From: Flavobacteriaceae bacterium
GTDB lineage: Bacteria > Bacteroidota > Bacteroidia > Flavobacteriales > Flavobacteriaceae
Direction of reading: 5' to 3'
DNA length: 64,000 nt
NCBI GenBank assembly: GCA_022425945.1
Contig: JAKMEK010000040.1
Coordinates: 9,950-73,949 of the forward strand
Numbering within the stretch: the stretch's first letter is position 1; each line of letters opens with the position of its first letter. The translations under genes were made by a program, and so were the position numbers. Positions 1-9,317 of the stretch are shown piece by piece. The notes beneath the pieces are model-generated. The model did no database searches, was not told the origin of the DNA, and saw nothing but the letters and a program-made list of their open reading frames with translations.

Positions 1-391
1 AGTCTTTGGCGATAAAAATCATACGCTTTCCACTCATCCCCCCCTTTGATTGCCAATGCATTGACGAGCCGTTTTCAAGATCGAGATCATCTTTGTCAAT
101 TTTAATAACAACAACCTTATTTTGGGTGGAATCATCTTCAGAATAGGCCATCTTCACGATGGAATGGTCGCGATGAATTAGTTCAGGTGTTGATCCTTCA
201 TCATCTCCAAAAAACAAGATTTCTGTTCCCTCCTTGGGAAAAGGTAATGTGAGGTCGGAAGAGATCATTTTTCGCTCAGTTCTGAGGTGCTTTGGAGCTT
301 GATCCTTAGATTTAGGGGCTTCATAAACCTTAATCACCAAACAAGAAGACAGGAGAAAAGAAATGGACAGAATAAGAAGTACTTTTTTCAT
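1..391 (-). CDS. Hypothetical lipoprotein (3' end runs off window)
   Basis: Not in ORF track. Hand translation of the minus strand from ATG at 391 gives MKKVLLILSISFLLSSCLVIKVYEAPK..., open to the window edge; signal peptide II with lipobox LSSC. Confidence 0.75.
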   Translation of the reverse strand, partial: MKKVLLILSISFLLSSCLVIKVYEAPKSKDQAPKHLRTERKMISSDLTLPFPKEGTEILFFGDDEGSTPELIHRDHSIVKMAYSEDDSTQNKVVVIKIDKDDLDLENGSSMHWQSKGGMSGKRMIFIAKD

Positions 392-436
392 AAGAGTGTT
401 TTTTATAGGTGTCTGCAAATTACATTCCAAAATGGA

Positions 437-1336
437 TTAATCAAAAAAACGTGTGAGAGAAAGTGTCATTAGGTGGTGAGCTTTTTTTGGTTGCAACGCA
501 TTATCGGGAGAGCGATTTTTATACAAGAAAAGAAATTTCCATTGTTCTCCTTGTAAGGCAAAACCCATTTCAACAACCATGCGCAAAGGCTCCAATACTG
601 CAGTTAGGGGTGCGTCATCATTGAACAAACTTCCTGAAACCATATAATCATGTGCCAAATAATTGGTGTCTATTCCAAAATAAAAGCCCTGGCCCTGTTC
701 CTTAAAATAACGGGTATTGGCCCCTAAACCGAGTACGTTGGACAAACCAAGGTTCAACCCAAGACGAGCACCAATGTCCGTGCGCTGTGTTCCCAAACGA
801 CCGTATAAATGGCCCTGAAATCGAAGCTGATTTGCCCATTCCTTTTGATAAAAGTAGCCCGCAAAAAAATTGACATGTACTGCCTCTGGAACCTGATCTA
901 CCCAAGCATTTTCTCTTAAACCGAGTACTTCTCTATGGTAGGTGTTTTGTGACCAACGTCCTAAGGACCATTCGCCTGTTACGCCAAGTTGAAGTCCTAG
1001 TTCAATTTGCTTATTGGAAGAAATTTCTTTTTGACGACTGTATTTAAGGTAACTCCAACCACCATAGGGGTAATCGTATTCGAAAGTGTCTTTTGTGTAG
1101 CGATTTGACGGCGTATAAATTTCTTGCCCCAATTCCCATAAACCATAGGCTCTAAGACTGTCGCTAGAAGCTGTTTTAATTTCCCGGCCATATTGTAGAA
1201 ATATTCCGCTGGAATAATACATGTCTTGTACAAAGAAAAGGTCGTTATCAATACTGAGATTCGCATAGCCTTTTTGTGCATAGATTTGTTGCATAAAAGC
1301 AGCACTAAACAATACAATAAACAGCAGTTTTCTCAA
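437..1336 (-). CDS. Lipid A deacylase LpxR-family / DUF2219 outer-membrane beta-barrel
   Basis: Motifs NDLFF..D.YYSSG, GQEIYTP, DYPYGGW; aromatic C-terminus. Start moved to TTG 1336 (signal peptide LRKLLFIVLF..AQ), just after the USP stop. Confidence 0.7.
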   Translation of the reverse strand: MRKLLFIVLFSAAFMQQIYAQKGYANLSIDNDLFFVQDMYYSSGIFLQYGREIKTASSDSLRAYGLWELGQEIYTPSNRYTKDTFEYDYPYGGWSYLKYSRQKEISSNKQIELGLQLGVTGEWSLGRWSQNTYHREVLGLRENAWVDQVPEAVHVNFFAGYFYQKEWANQLRFQGHLYGRLGTQRTDIGARLGLNLGLSNVLGLGANTRYFKEQGQGFYFGIDTNYLAHDYMVSGSLFNDDAPLTAVLEPLRMVVEMGFALQGEQWKFLFLYKNRSPDNALQPKKAHHLMTLSLTRFFD

Positions 1337-1337
1337 G

Positions 1338-2132
1338 CTATGTGCGGTTTTTAATGACCAATAAAGGTGTCTTGGTGAAAAAATCTTTTTTAAAGACCAC
1401 ATCCGACTCAATTAGTTTCTCAAAAAAGCCACGCTTTCGTGCAAATACAATCAACAAATCGGGATGAACTTCTCTAAAATACTCGAGGACACCTTGGTAA
1501 ACAGTCCCATTCTCCGTAGAAGTCATATGATCGGAAAGCTCAACAATTTCGTGATCAATCTGCAATTCCTTTCGTTTGTTCCCTGGAGTTTTCACGAGTA
1601 ACAACGCTATTAGGGTTTCAAATTGTCCTTGTAAAAAACGTAACGGTTGTAAGCTGCGCTCACCCTCTACCATTCCTTGTTTGAAAGCAAATAAGGCTTT
1701 TTTAGGCGCCCGAAAAAGGGTGCCTTCTGGAACAATCCATACAGGGATATCGGTTTTCTTTGCTAAACGTCCAGAAGTGGGACCCAGAAATACCTCATCG
1801 CTGTTTGAGTTGGGCATCGGGCCACAAACAATTAAATCAAGTGCAACTTTTTGATCTAAAGCATTGACGCCTTCCAAAAAATCACCTTCATAATTAACCA
1901 TTTGAATCGACAAACCTTGATGATCAATGGACTTGATTAACGCTTTTAAACGGTTAAAATTATTGCGATTAACCACCTCTTTAACATTCAGCAAATGGGC
2001 ATTACTAAAGCTTGGATTGAAGGAGTCCATAACAAAAATAGCGGCCTGTGTTGTTGCGGCAAGGTCAATAGCATAACGCAGGGTATGTTCTGTATTGTCT
2101 GAAATACCTAAAGGAACCAGTATGTTTCTCAT
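1338..2132 (-). CDS. Universal stress protein (tandem USP domains)
   Basis: N-terminal MRNILVPL...ALRYA-like motif, DLIVCG, FLGPTSGRL...DIPVWIVP. Confidence 0.85.
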   Translation of the reverse strand: MRNILVPLGISDNTEHTLRYAIDLAATTQAAIFVMDSFNPSFSNAHLLNVKEVVNRNNFNRLKALIKSIDHQGLSIQMVNYEGDFLEGVNALDQKVALDLIVCGPMPNSNSDEVFLGPTSGRLAKKTDIPVWIVPEGTLFRAPKKALFAFKQGMVEGERSLQPLRFLQGQFETLIALLLVKTPGNKRKELQIDHEIVELSDHMTSTENGTVYQGVLEYFREVHPDLLIVFARKRGFFEKLIESDVVFKKDFFTKTPLLVIKNRT

Positions 2133-2154
2133 GTGTCAAATAAAAATGTTAGTG

Positions 2155-2162
2155 CAAAGGTA
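2155..2162 (-). promoter_or_regulatory. Bacteroidota sigma-A -7 box TACCTTTG for the USP operon
   Basis: Exact TAnnTTTG match about 22 nt upstream of the ATG. Confidence 0.6.
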
Positions 2163-2256
2163 CTAAGGAAAAAAATAGCTGCTGTTTTTCCGACAAGAAA
2201 TTGTCTCTGTTGCCAAAAAATTACGGAACTTGCCCTCGAAAACCTCTATAAACCCT

Positions 2257-2709
2257 ATGGCTTCCATCATTCGAATTACCAAAGAATTTACTTTTGAAAC
2301 GGGCCATGCCCTTCATGGCTATGATGGCCTATGTAAAAATGTGCACGGGCATAGTTATAAACTCTCTGTTACGGTAAAAGGAACGCCAATTAACGATCCC
2401 ATGCATGTTAAAAATGGAATGGTGATTGATTTTAGCGATCTTAAAAAAATTGTGAAAGAAGAAATTGTTGTGCCCTTTGACCACGCCACGGTTCTAAACA
2501 CCAGCACTCCTCACAAAGAATTGGCGGATGAAATGGAGCAACGAGGACACAAAATTTTACGGGTTGATTATCAACCCACTAGTGAAATGATGGTGGCCGA
2601 TTTTGCAGAAAAGATACGCCAACGTTTACCTAAAAACATTGCTTTAGTTGGGTTGAAATTACGGGAAACCGAAACTTCTTTTGCAGAGTGGTTGGCAGAC
2701 GAAAATTAA
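2257..2709 (+). CDS. queD: 6-carboxytetrahydropterin synthase (PTPS family)
   Basis: FETGHAL..YDGLCKNVHGHSY, GMVIDF, FDHA, PTSE, LRETETS motifs; ATG at 2257 preferred over TTG 2230. Confidence 0.9.
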   Translation: MASIIRITKEFTFETGHALHGYDGLCKNVHGHSYKLSVTVKGTPINDPMHVKNGMVIDFSDLKKIVKEEIVVPFDHATVLNTSTPHKELADEMEQRGHKILRVDYQPTSEMMVADFAEKIRQRLPKNIALVGLKLRETETSFAEWLADEN

Positions 2710-5042
2710 AAGCCCAATTCATCTAAATCTTCTTTCTCTTCCAAAGGATCGATTGCATTGGGATCTATTGTTGCACAGTCTAAAGGAATACTTACGGTCG
2801 ATGGAGCTACAAAATCCTCCATTGAAATGCCGAGCGCTTCATTTTCGTAAGCAGCTTTCATGTACATCCCCCAAATGGGTAATGCCATACTCGCTCCCTG
2901 TCCAAATGCAATGTTATCAAAATGCACCGCACGATCTTCTCCACCTACCCATACTCCTGTCACTAAATTGGGCACCATTCCCATAAACCATCCGTCAGAA
3001 TGATTTTGCGTCGTACCTGTTTTTCCAGCAATAGGGTTCTTGAATTCATAGGGATAGCCCGTAACGACGGCCTTATAGGCGTAATTCGTCTCGTCTGCTC
3101 CACTGTGACGCAAACGCTGTCCTGAACCTCCTTCGGTCACTCCCTTCAATAAATTTAGGGTAACATAGGCCGTTTCTTCACTCATTACATCTCGGGTTTC
3201 TGGCACAACTTCGAACAGTATGGTACCATTCTTGTCTTCAATTCGCGTAATCATTATAGGCTTTACATAAACCCCTTTATTGGCAAAGGTGCTATAGGCT
3301 CCGACCATTTCAAATAAACTTAGATCTGGTGTTCCCAAGGCGATGGAAGGCACTCTGGGTAAACGAGAAGTAATCCCCATTTTACGTGCGAGATTAACAA
3401 CCGGCGCTGGCCCCACTTTATCCATTAATCGCGCGCTTACCGTATTAACTGAATTGGCCAAAGCGTTTTTTAGGGTGCGCATTTGACCATATTTATCACC
3501 CGAGTTCTTAGGACACCAGGCTTCAATATTTCCGTATTTGTAGGGCTCTATACAAAAGAGTGCATCGGGTAAGATGTCGCAGGGGGATAGGCGCAATTGA
3601 TCAATGGCCGTGGCATACAAAAAAGGCTTAAAGGTTGAACCAATCTGTCGCTTTCCTTGTTTGACCTGATCGTATTGAAAATGCTTATAGTCAAACCCAC
3701 CTACCCAAGCTTTGACATGACCTGTGGTTGGATTCATCGACATCATTGCTGAACGAAGATAGCCTTTGTAATACCGGATGGAATCTAAGGGCGTCATAAT
3801 GGTGTCGCGATCCCCTTTCCAGCTAAAGACACGCATAGGAGTTGGTTCTTGAAAAGAAGCCCAAATGGTCGCTTCATCTTTGCCAGAAACACGCATGGCA
3901 CGCCAGCGCTCTGATCGTCTAGCGGAACGTTCGAGTAAAGTGTCTATTTGCCCTTCACGCAACTCCAAAAAAGGAGCGGTTGGATTAAGTTCTTTTGTGT
4001 TTTGAAGATCAAACTCAGCTTGCAGGTTTTTCATGTGCGCCTTAGTGGCTTCTTCTGCGTTGGCCTGTAAACGCGAATCAATGGTCGTATAAATACGCAG
4101 CCCATCGCGGTAAATGTCATACTTTTCGCCATTTGGTCTAGGGTTATCCTTCACCCAACGCTGCATGAACTGTTGCACGTAGGCACGGAAATAAGTCGCT
4201 AATCCTTCGCGATGTGAGTCGGGTGTAAAGGTCAATTCCAAGGGGATCAGTCTTAGGGAATCGAGCTCTTCTTTGGTCAAAAATTCGTTGCGATACATTT
4301 GTTGAAAAACAACATTACGTCGCTTCTCGGTCATTTCTGGACGACGCTTGGGATTGAATAAAGAAGAATTCTTTAACATCCCGATGAGGGTAGCACTCTG
4401 TTCCAAAGTCAATTCTTTGGGCGTAGTGTTGAAATATATTTTTGCCGCTGACTGAATCCCGTCTGCTTGATACCCAAAATCGTATATATTGAGATACATC
4501 GCTACAATTTCTTCTTTGGTATAACGGCGTTCTAGCATTACCGCCAACACATATTCTTTAAATTTTTGGGTAATTGCTTGTACTTTATTGCGCGAGCGCA
4601 CTCCCACAAAAAGTTGTCGGGCCAACTGTTGTGTAATGGTACTAGCTCCTCCTCGTTTTCCCAAATAAGCCAAGGCGCGCATGGTTCCGCGAAAATCTAT
4701 CCCAGAATGGGAGTAAAAGCGCTCATCTTCTGTGGCAATCAAGGCATTCACCAAGTGAGAAGGAAGTGCATCAAAGGTTATGGGAGTTCGGTTGTCGTTA
4801 TAATAAAACTTCCCTAAGATTTCGCCATCCGTAGACAGGATTTGGGTTGCCAAGTTGGTTTTTGGATTTTCCAATTGTTCAAGGGGAGGCATGGGACCAA
4901 ATAGACCTAAAGCAGCACTTGAAAAAATCGCCACACCAATCAGTAAACCAGCAGCAAACACTGACCAAAAAAACTTAATTGGGCCTCTGTATTGCCTCAC
5001 TTGTCTTTTCTTTTTTACCTGCTTTTTTGCCTTCTTAGCCAT
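2706..5042 (-). CDS. mrcA: Class A penicillin-binding protein (transglycosylase/transpeptidase, PBP1A-like)
   Basis: EDERF..HSGID and GGASTITQQL transglycosylase motifs; STFK, SVN and KTG transpeptidase motifs; N-terminal TM helix. Confidence 0.9.
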   Translation of the reverse strand: MAKKAKKQVKKKRQVRQYRGPIKFFWSVFAAGLLIGVAIFSSAALGLFGPMPPLEQLENPKTNLATQILSTDGEILGKFYYNDNRTPITFDALPSHLVNALIATEDERFYSHSGIDFRGTMRALAYLGKRGGASTITQQLARQLFVGVRSRNKVQAITQKFKEYVLAVMLERRYTKEEIVAMYLNIYDFGYQADGIQSAAKIYFNTTPKELTLEQSATLIGMLKNSSLFNPKRRPEMTEKRRNVVFQQMYRNEFLTKEELDSLRLIPLELTFTPDSHREGLATYFRAYVQQFMQRWVKDNPRPNGEKYDIYRDGLRIYTTIDSRLQANAEEATKAHMKNLQAEFDLQNTKELNPTAPFLELREGQIDTLLERSARRSERWRAMRVSGKDEATIWASFQEPTPMRVFSWKGDRDTIMTPLDSIRYYKGYLRSAMMSMNPTTGHVKAWVGGFDYKHFQYDQVKQGKRQIGSTFKPFLYATAIDQLRLSPCDILPDALFCIEPYKYGNIEAWCPKNSGDKYGQMRTLKNALANSVNTVSARLMDKVGPAPVVNLARKMGITSRLPRVPSIALGTPDLSLFEMVGAYSTFANKGVYVKPIMITRIEDKNGTILFEVVPETRDVMSEETAYVTLNLLKGVTEGGSGQRLRHSGADETNYAYKAVVTGYPYEFKNPIAGKTGTTQNHSDGWFMGMVPNLVTGVWVGGEDRAVHFDNIAFGQGASMALPIWGMYMKAAYENEALGISMEDFVAPSTVSIPLDCATIDPNAIDPLEEKEDLDELGF

Positions 5043-5527
5043 TATTCTGTCTGTGTTTCAATGGAGAGGCCTACGGAAACAATTCCGGCCAAGTATTCCG
5101 CACCTTCTTCCAAGCCATTTGCCCGATTGGCCTGCGCAACATTAAAGTGATAGGACGCTGTTGATGTTGTTTGCCAATCGCTTTTCCACCACAATTTACT
5201 TTCTTTTACTGCATAATAGCCCGTGCCAAGCCATTCTCCACTGGGTTTCGCCATGGCATATTCCAGGGTATCTTGCTCAATAAGCGAATCTCCGGCTTGT
5301 AAACTCACCACCAGAAAAATATTCGCAAAAGGATATTCTTGGTTGTTTCTCAAATGAATATAAACATCTGAAGGTGTGTCAATTGACTTGTCTAAACTAA
5401 ACCGTATTGTGTCTTTTAGAGCCCATCCATTGGGCGTCTCTTGGTCTTGTCGAAAAAGGGCGTCACTTCCACAACTGCTGAGGAATACAAAACTGAGGAA
5501 TCCAAAAAGAAGTCGAAAGCTATTCAT
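5042..5527 (-). CDS. gldH: Gliding motility lipoprotein GldH
   Basis: Lipobox LSSC; LRNN.EYPF.NIFL, DTLEY.MA.P.GEWLG.G...VKESKL, GI.SVGLSIE signatures; ATG 5527 overlaps the ricT stop. Confidence 0.88.
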   Translation of the reverse strand: MNSFRLLFGFLSFVFLSSCGSDALFRQDQETPNGWALKDTIRFSLDKSIDTPSDVYIHLRNNQEYPFANIFLVVSLQAGDSLIEQDTLEYAMAKPSGEWLGTGYYAVKESKLWWKSDWQTTSTASYHFNVAQANRANGLEEGAEYLAGIVSVGLSIETQTE

Positions 5528-6698
5528 TTTTTTGCGGTGCCTTGCGGTTACGGTTGCGGTTACGTGGTTTTTTGTTGCGCGATTTTTTGTTTTTGCTTTG
5601 TTTTGGGCGATCAAAACGATTTAGGCTGTCCTGTCCAACGACATTTTCAAAAACCTTCTCTTCCGTTTTTGCAGGTGGTAAATCCAATACGTATTCTTCT
5701 AGACTCGCAACCGGCTCTTTGGCCTTGTTTTTGCGCACAATTTCTGCAGCTTGCTCATTGGTCAACAAATGCCAGGTCATCCAATCGCCTTTGTAAGCAT
5801 ACCACATATAGCCTTTAAAAATATCGGTTTTTTGGCAAACCGCAATTCCTTTTTCGGTGTGCAATTTGGCATCTAGTTTAGGAAAAGTCTTCAATGCTTT
5901 TCTGTAGGCATCTAATTCAAAATTTAGGCAGCATTTTAGCTTTCCACATTGGCCAGCTAGTTTCTCTGGATTGAGGGATAATTGTTGGTAGCGTGCTGCA
6001 GCTGTAGATACGGTTCTAAAGTCCGTTAACCACGTAGAACAGCAGAGTTCCCGACCACAAGAACCAATTCCTCCCAAACGAGAGGCTTCTTGACGCAAAC
6101 CAATTTGTTTCATCTCTATGCGCACCGAAAAGGCCTGTGCCATGTCCTTGATGAGCTGACGAAAGTCTACACGGTTTTCGGCCGTGTAATAAAAGGTTGC
6201 TTTTGACCCATCTCCTTGAAATTCTACATCCGAAATCTTCATTTCCAAGCGTAAGAAAATGGCCATTTCACGGGCACGTTTTTGCACCTCCGCTTCTCGA
6301 TCACGGGCCGTTTGCCACTTATCAATGTCTTTTTGACTTGCCATGCGATAGATTTTTAAAATCTCCTCGCTGTTTTCCTTGATCTTTTTCTTTTTCAACT
6401 GAAACCGCACCAATTCCCCAGTAAGGGTAACTTGACCAATGTCATGACCACTCTGAGCTTCCGTTGCAACGAGGTCGCCAATCTTCAAAGGAAGTTTGTC
6501 TTGGTTGCGGAAATATTCTTTACGACTATTCTTAAAACGCACCTCAACTAGGTTAAAAGGCTCTTGACCGCCGGGCAGTTGCATGTTCGACAACCAATCG
6601 AAAACAGTGAGCTTGTTGCAACTGTCGGTGCCGCAGGTACCATTGCTTTTACACCCACGGGGGGTTCCGTCTGCACTGGAACAAGAAGCACATGCCAT
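5520..6698 (-). CDS. ricT: PSP1-domain protein, RicT/YaaT family (Fe-S)
   Basis: VEVRFK, FYYTAENRVDFRQL, GGIGSCGRELCC, KLAGQCGKLKCCLNFE; Cys-rich N-terminus; basic C-terminal tail. Confidence 0.85.
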   Translation of the reverse strand: MACASCSSADGTPRGCKSNGTCGTDSCNKLTVFDWLSNMQLPGGQEPFNLVEVRFKNSRKEYFRNQDKLPLKIGDLVATEAQSGHDIGQVTLTGELVRFQLKKKKIKENSEEILKIYRMASQKDIDKWQTARDREAEVQKRAREMAIFLRLEMKISDVEFQGDGSKATFYYTAENRVDFRQLIKDMAQAFSVRIEMKQIGLRQEASRLGGIGSCGRELCCSTWLTDFRTVSTAAARYQQLSLNPEKLAGQCGKLKCCLNFELDAYRKALKTFPKLDAKLHTEKGIAVCQKTDIFKGYMWYAYKGDWMTWHLLTNEQAAEIVRKNKAKEPVASLEEYVLDLPPAKTEEKVFENVVGQDSLNRFDRPKQSKNKKSRNKKPRNRNRNRKAPQKNE

Positions 6699-6765
6699 AG
6701 TTTGGTTTTTTTATTTGAATTGTAAAGATAGGAGGTTTTGGGAAAACCTAGCTGCCAAAAATCTG

Positions 6766-7800
6766 TTAATGCGACTTAAATTTTAAGACGTCGGAACGTC
6801 CTTTTTTAAAGATCTTATTACTGTTGTGCGTGCCCTTACGCAAGGCTTTTTGTTCTTCTATGGGCAATTGAATGATTTCTTGACAGGGATCTGAACAACA
6901 ACTTTGGCTTTTTTCACGACAGCTTTCACACTGTATGAATAACAAATGACAGGCCTCGTTGGCGCAGTTGACGTGTTCATCGCTCGGTTCGCCGCACTGA
7001 TGGCATTTGGCAATGACATCATCGGTGATGCGCTCCCCACGGCGTTCATCAAAGACAAAGTTCTTTCCGATAAATTTATTTTCGAGTTTCTTGTCTTTCA
7101 CTTGACGGGTGTACTCTATGATCCCTCCTTCGAGTTGAAAGACGTTTTCAAAGCCCTTGTGCTTAAAATAAGCCGAGGCTTTTTCACAGCGAATTCCCCC
7201 TGTGCAGTACATCAGTAATTTCTTGTCACTTTTGTGCGAGGCCAAGTCTTCTTCAATGATGGGCAAGGATTCCCGAAAAGTGTCTACATCTGGCGTTACT
7301 GCTCCTTTGAAATGCCCGATTTCGCTTTCGTAATGGTTGCGCATGTCCACACAAATGGTGTTCTCGTCTTCCAACAAAGCATTGAATTCAGCTGCATTGA
7401 CGTGCTTTCCTTTTTGGGTGACGTCGAAGGCTTCGTCCGCTAAGCCATCTGCAACGATCTTGTCGCGCACCTTGATGGTGAGTTTTAAGAAAGACTTTAG
7501 GTCCTGCTCAACGGCTATATTCAAACGAATGCCTTGCAGAAAATCAATACTATCCAAGTGTTTTTTAAAGGCCTCGAACTGCGGTGCAGGAAGTGACAGC
7601 TGAGCGTTGATGCCTTCTTTGGCAACATAAATACGGCCCAAAACCTCAAGAGCATCCCAAGTTAGGAATAGGTGATCGCGAAAAAGTTGTGGATTTCCAA
7701 TGTGCGCATAGTGGTAAAAAGAAAGCGTGAGACGTTCGGTTCCGGCTTCCTCGAGCAACACGGCTCGCTCTTGCGCACTTAATTTGTTGTACAGTTGCAT
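6766..7800 (-). CDS. trhO: tRNA uridine(34) hydroxylase TrhO (rhodanese-related, YceA/UPF0176)
   Basis: LGRIYVAKEGINAQ, DMRNHYESEIGHF, MYCTGGIRCEKAS, QLEGGI, GKNFVFDER; Cys-rich C-terminus. Confidence 0.88.
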   Translation of the reverse strand: MQLYNKLSAQERAVLLEEAGTERLTLSFYHYAHIGNPQLFRDHLFLTWDALEVLGRIYVAKEGINAQLSLPAPQFEAFKKHLDSIDFLQGIRLNIAVEQDLKSFLKLTIKVRDKIVADGLADEAFDVTQKGKHVNAAEFNALLEDENTICVDMRNHYESEIGHFKGAVTPDVDTFRESLPIIEEDLASHKSDKKLLMYCTGGIRCEKASAYFKHKGFENVFQLEGGIIEYTRQVKDKKLENKFIGKNFVFDERRGERITDDVIAKCHQCGEPSDEHVNCANEACHLLFIQCESCREKSQSCCSDPCQEIIQLPIEEQKALRKGTHNSNKIFKKGRSDVLKFKSH

Positions 7801-7824
7801 GCTATAAACGGTTTAAGTGTTGGG

Positions 7825-7832
7825 CAAAGATA
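7825..7832 (-). promoter_or_regulatory. -7 box TATCTTTG for trhO
   Basis: Exact TAnnTTTG match 24 nt upstream of the ATG. Confidence 0.6.
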
Positions 7833-7872
7833 AAAAATTACAGCATATAGAAGCACGTTTGGATATTGCTCA

Positions 7873-8121
7873 CTATTTCCAATAGAGTGCCCTAAAATGA
7901 GTCAGACGAAAACCCGGGAGCATCAAGCGCCAAATGTCTTTTTTTAAAAGAACTCCTTTGTTTACAAGTCGTTTTCCGTCTATGTAGGTGCGATATACAA
8001 AAACATAAAAAAAGAGTAGTCCTACAAACAAGGATGCTTTGATCTCCTTTTCATTGCTCAACCATAGAAGTAAAAAAAGGGGGGTGAAAATCAAAAAATA
8101 ATAGAAGACGAGTTTTTTCAT
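7873..8121 (-). CDS. Small hypothetical membrane protein (2 TM)
   Basis: ATG 8121, 82 aa, two hydrophobic segments followed by YRTYIDGKRL; fills the gap between trhO and recA. Confidence 0.65.
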   Translation of the reverse strand: MKKLVFYYFLIFTPLFLLLWLSNEKEIKASLFVGLLFFYVFVYRTYIDGKRLVNKGVLLKKDIWRLMLPGFRLTHFRALYWK

Positions 8122-8257
8122 GGGTGTAGAACAAATTTGGGTACTATTCAACTCAAATGTAGCAAAAAAAAGACAAAGTTGTTAATAACCCCTCGAAGGG
8201 GGGTGCACGAAGAATGGGAGAAAGTTTTATTTTTAACCAAAGAAAAAGAAACGACTT

Positions 8258-9265
8258 ATGGCCGATGACAAAGCCGCCAAATTAAAGGCGCTACAACTTA
8301 CCTTAGACAAACTAGACAAGACCTACGGAAAAGGATCTGTAATGAAAATGGGCGATGTTGCCGTAGAAGATGTGGAAGCCATTTCTTCCGGTTCCATTGG
8401 ACTCGATATCGCGTTGGGCGTGGGAGGCTATCCTCGCGGACGTGTGATTGAAATATACGGACCAGAATCTTCAGGTAAAACCACCCTTACCTTGCACGCC
8501 ATTGCCGAATGCCAAAAGCAAGGCGGTATTGCTGCCTTCATTGATGCAGAACATGCCTTTGACCGTTTCTATGCGGAAAAATTGGGCGTTGACATCAACG
8601 AACTCATCATTTCACAGCCCGACCATGGGGAGCAGGCACTCGAAATTGCCGATAACCTCATTCGTTCTGGCGCAGTAGACATTGTGGTGATCGACTCGGT
8701 GGCCGCCTTAACGCCAAAAAGTGAAATTGAAGGGGAAATGGGAGACTCCAAAATGGGGCTCCATGCACGTTTGATGTCGCAAGCACTTCGAAAACTGACC
8801 GGTTCCATCAGCAAAACCAACTGTACTGTTTTCTTCATTAACCAACTTCGCGAAAAAATTGGCGTTATGTTTGGTAACCCAGAAACAACCACAGGAGGAA
8901 ATGCCTTGAAATTTTATGCCTCTGTCCGTTTAGACATTCGCCGATCTACCCAAATCAAAAATGCCGATGCGGAAGTCTTGGGGAACAAAACACGGGTGAA
9001 AGTGGTGAAAAACAAGGTAGCTCCACCCTTTAAAACAACCGAATTCGACATCATGTACGGTGCAGGAATTTCCAAGATTGGAGAAATCATTGACCTAGGA
9101 GTTAATTACGAAATCGTAAAAAAATCAGGCTCTTGGTTCAGCTATGGTGACACCAAACTAGGGCAAGGACGCGATGCCGTAAAGACCCTATTGGAAGACA
9201 ATCCAGACTTAATGGAAGAACTTGAAGGAAAGATCATGAACACCCTCAAAGCGGTGAACGAGTAA
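8258..9265 (+). CDS. recA: Recombinase RecA
   Basis: GPESSGKTT Walker [36 protein letters not shown]. Confidence 0.99.
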   Translation: MADDKAAKLKALQLTLDKLDKTYGKGSVMKMGDVAVEDVEAISSGSIGLDIALGVGGYPRGRVIEIYGPESSGKTTLTLHAIAECQKQGGIAAFIDAEHAFDRFYAEKLGVDINELIISQPDHGEQALEIADNLIRSGAVDIVVIDSVAALTPKSEIEGEMGDSKMGLHARLMSQALRKLTGSISKTNCTVFFINQLREKIGVMFGNPETTTGGNALKFYASVRLDIRRSTQIKNADAEVLGNKTRVKVVKNKVAPPFKTTEFDIMYGAGISKIGEIIDLGVNYEIVKKSGSWFSYGDTKLGQGRDAVKTLLEDNPDLMEELEGKIMNTLKAVNE

Positions 9266-9290
9266 TTCTTTCTTTTCAATACTATTCATC

Positions 9291-9317
9291 ACCCTCGGCA
9301 GATGTCGGGGGTTTTTT
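9291..9317 (+). terminator. Rho-independent terminator after recA
   Basis: ACCCTCGGCA-GA-TGTCGGGGGT hairpin (two G-U pairs) followed by a T run. Confidence 0.75.

Noticed and set aside
8178-8203. GTTGTTAATAAC near-palindrome and CCCCT-CGA-AGGGG hairpin upstream of recA as an SOS box
   Set aside because: Short, imperfect, matches no LexA motif I can support and is not repeated before dprA or other repair genes.
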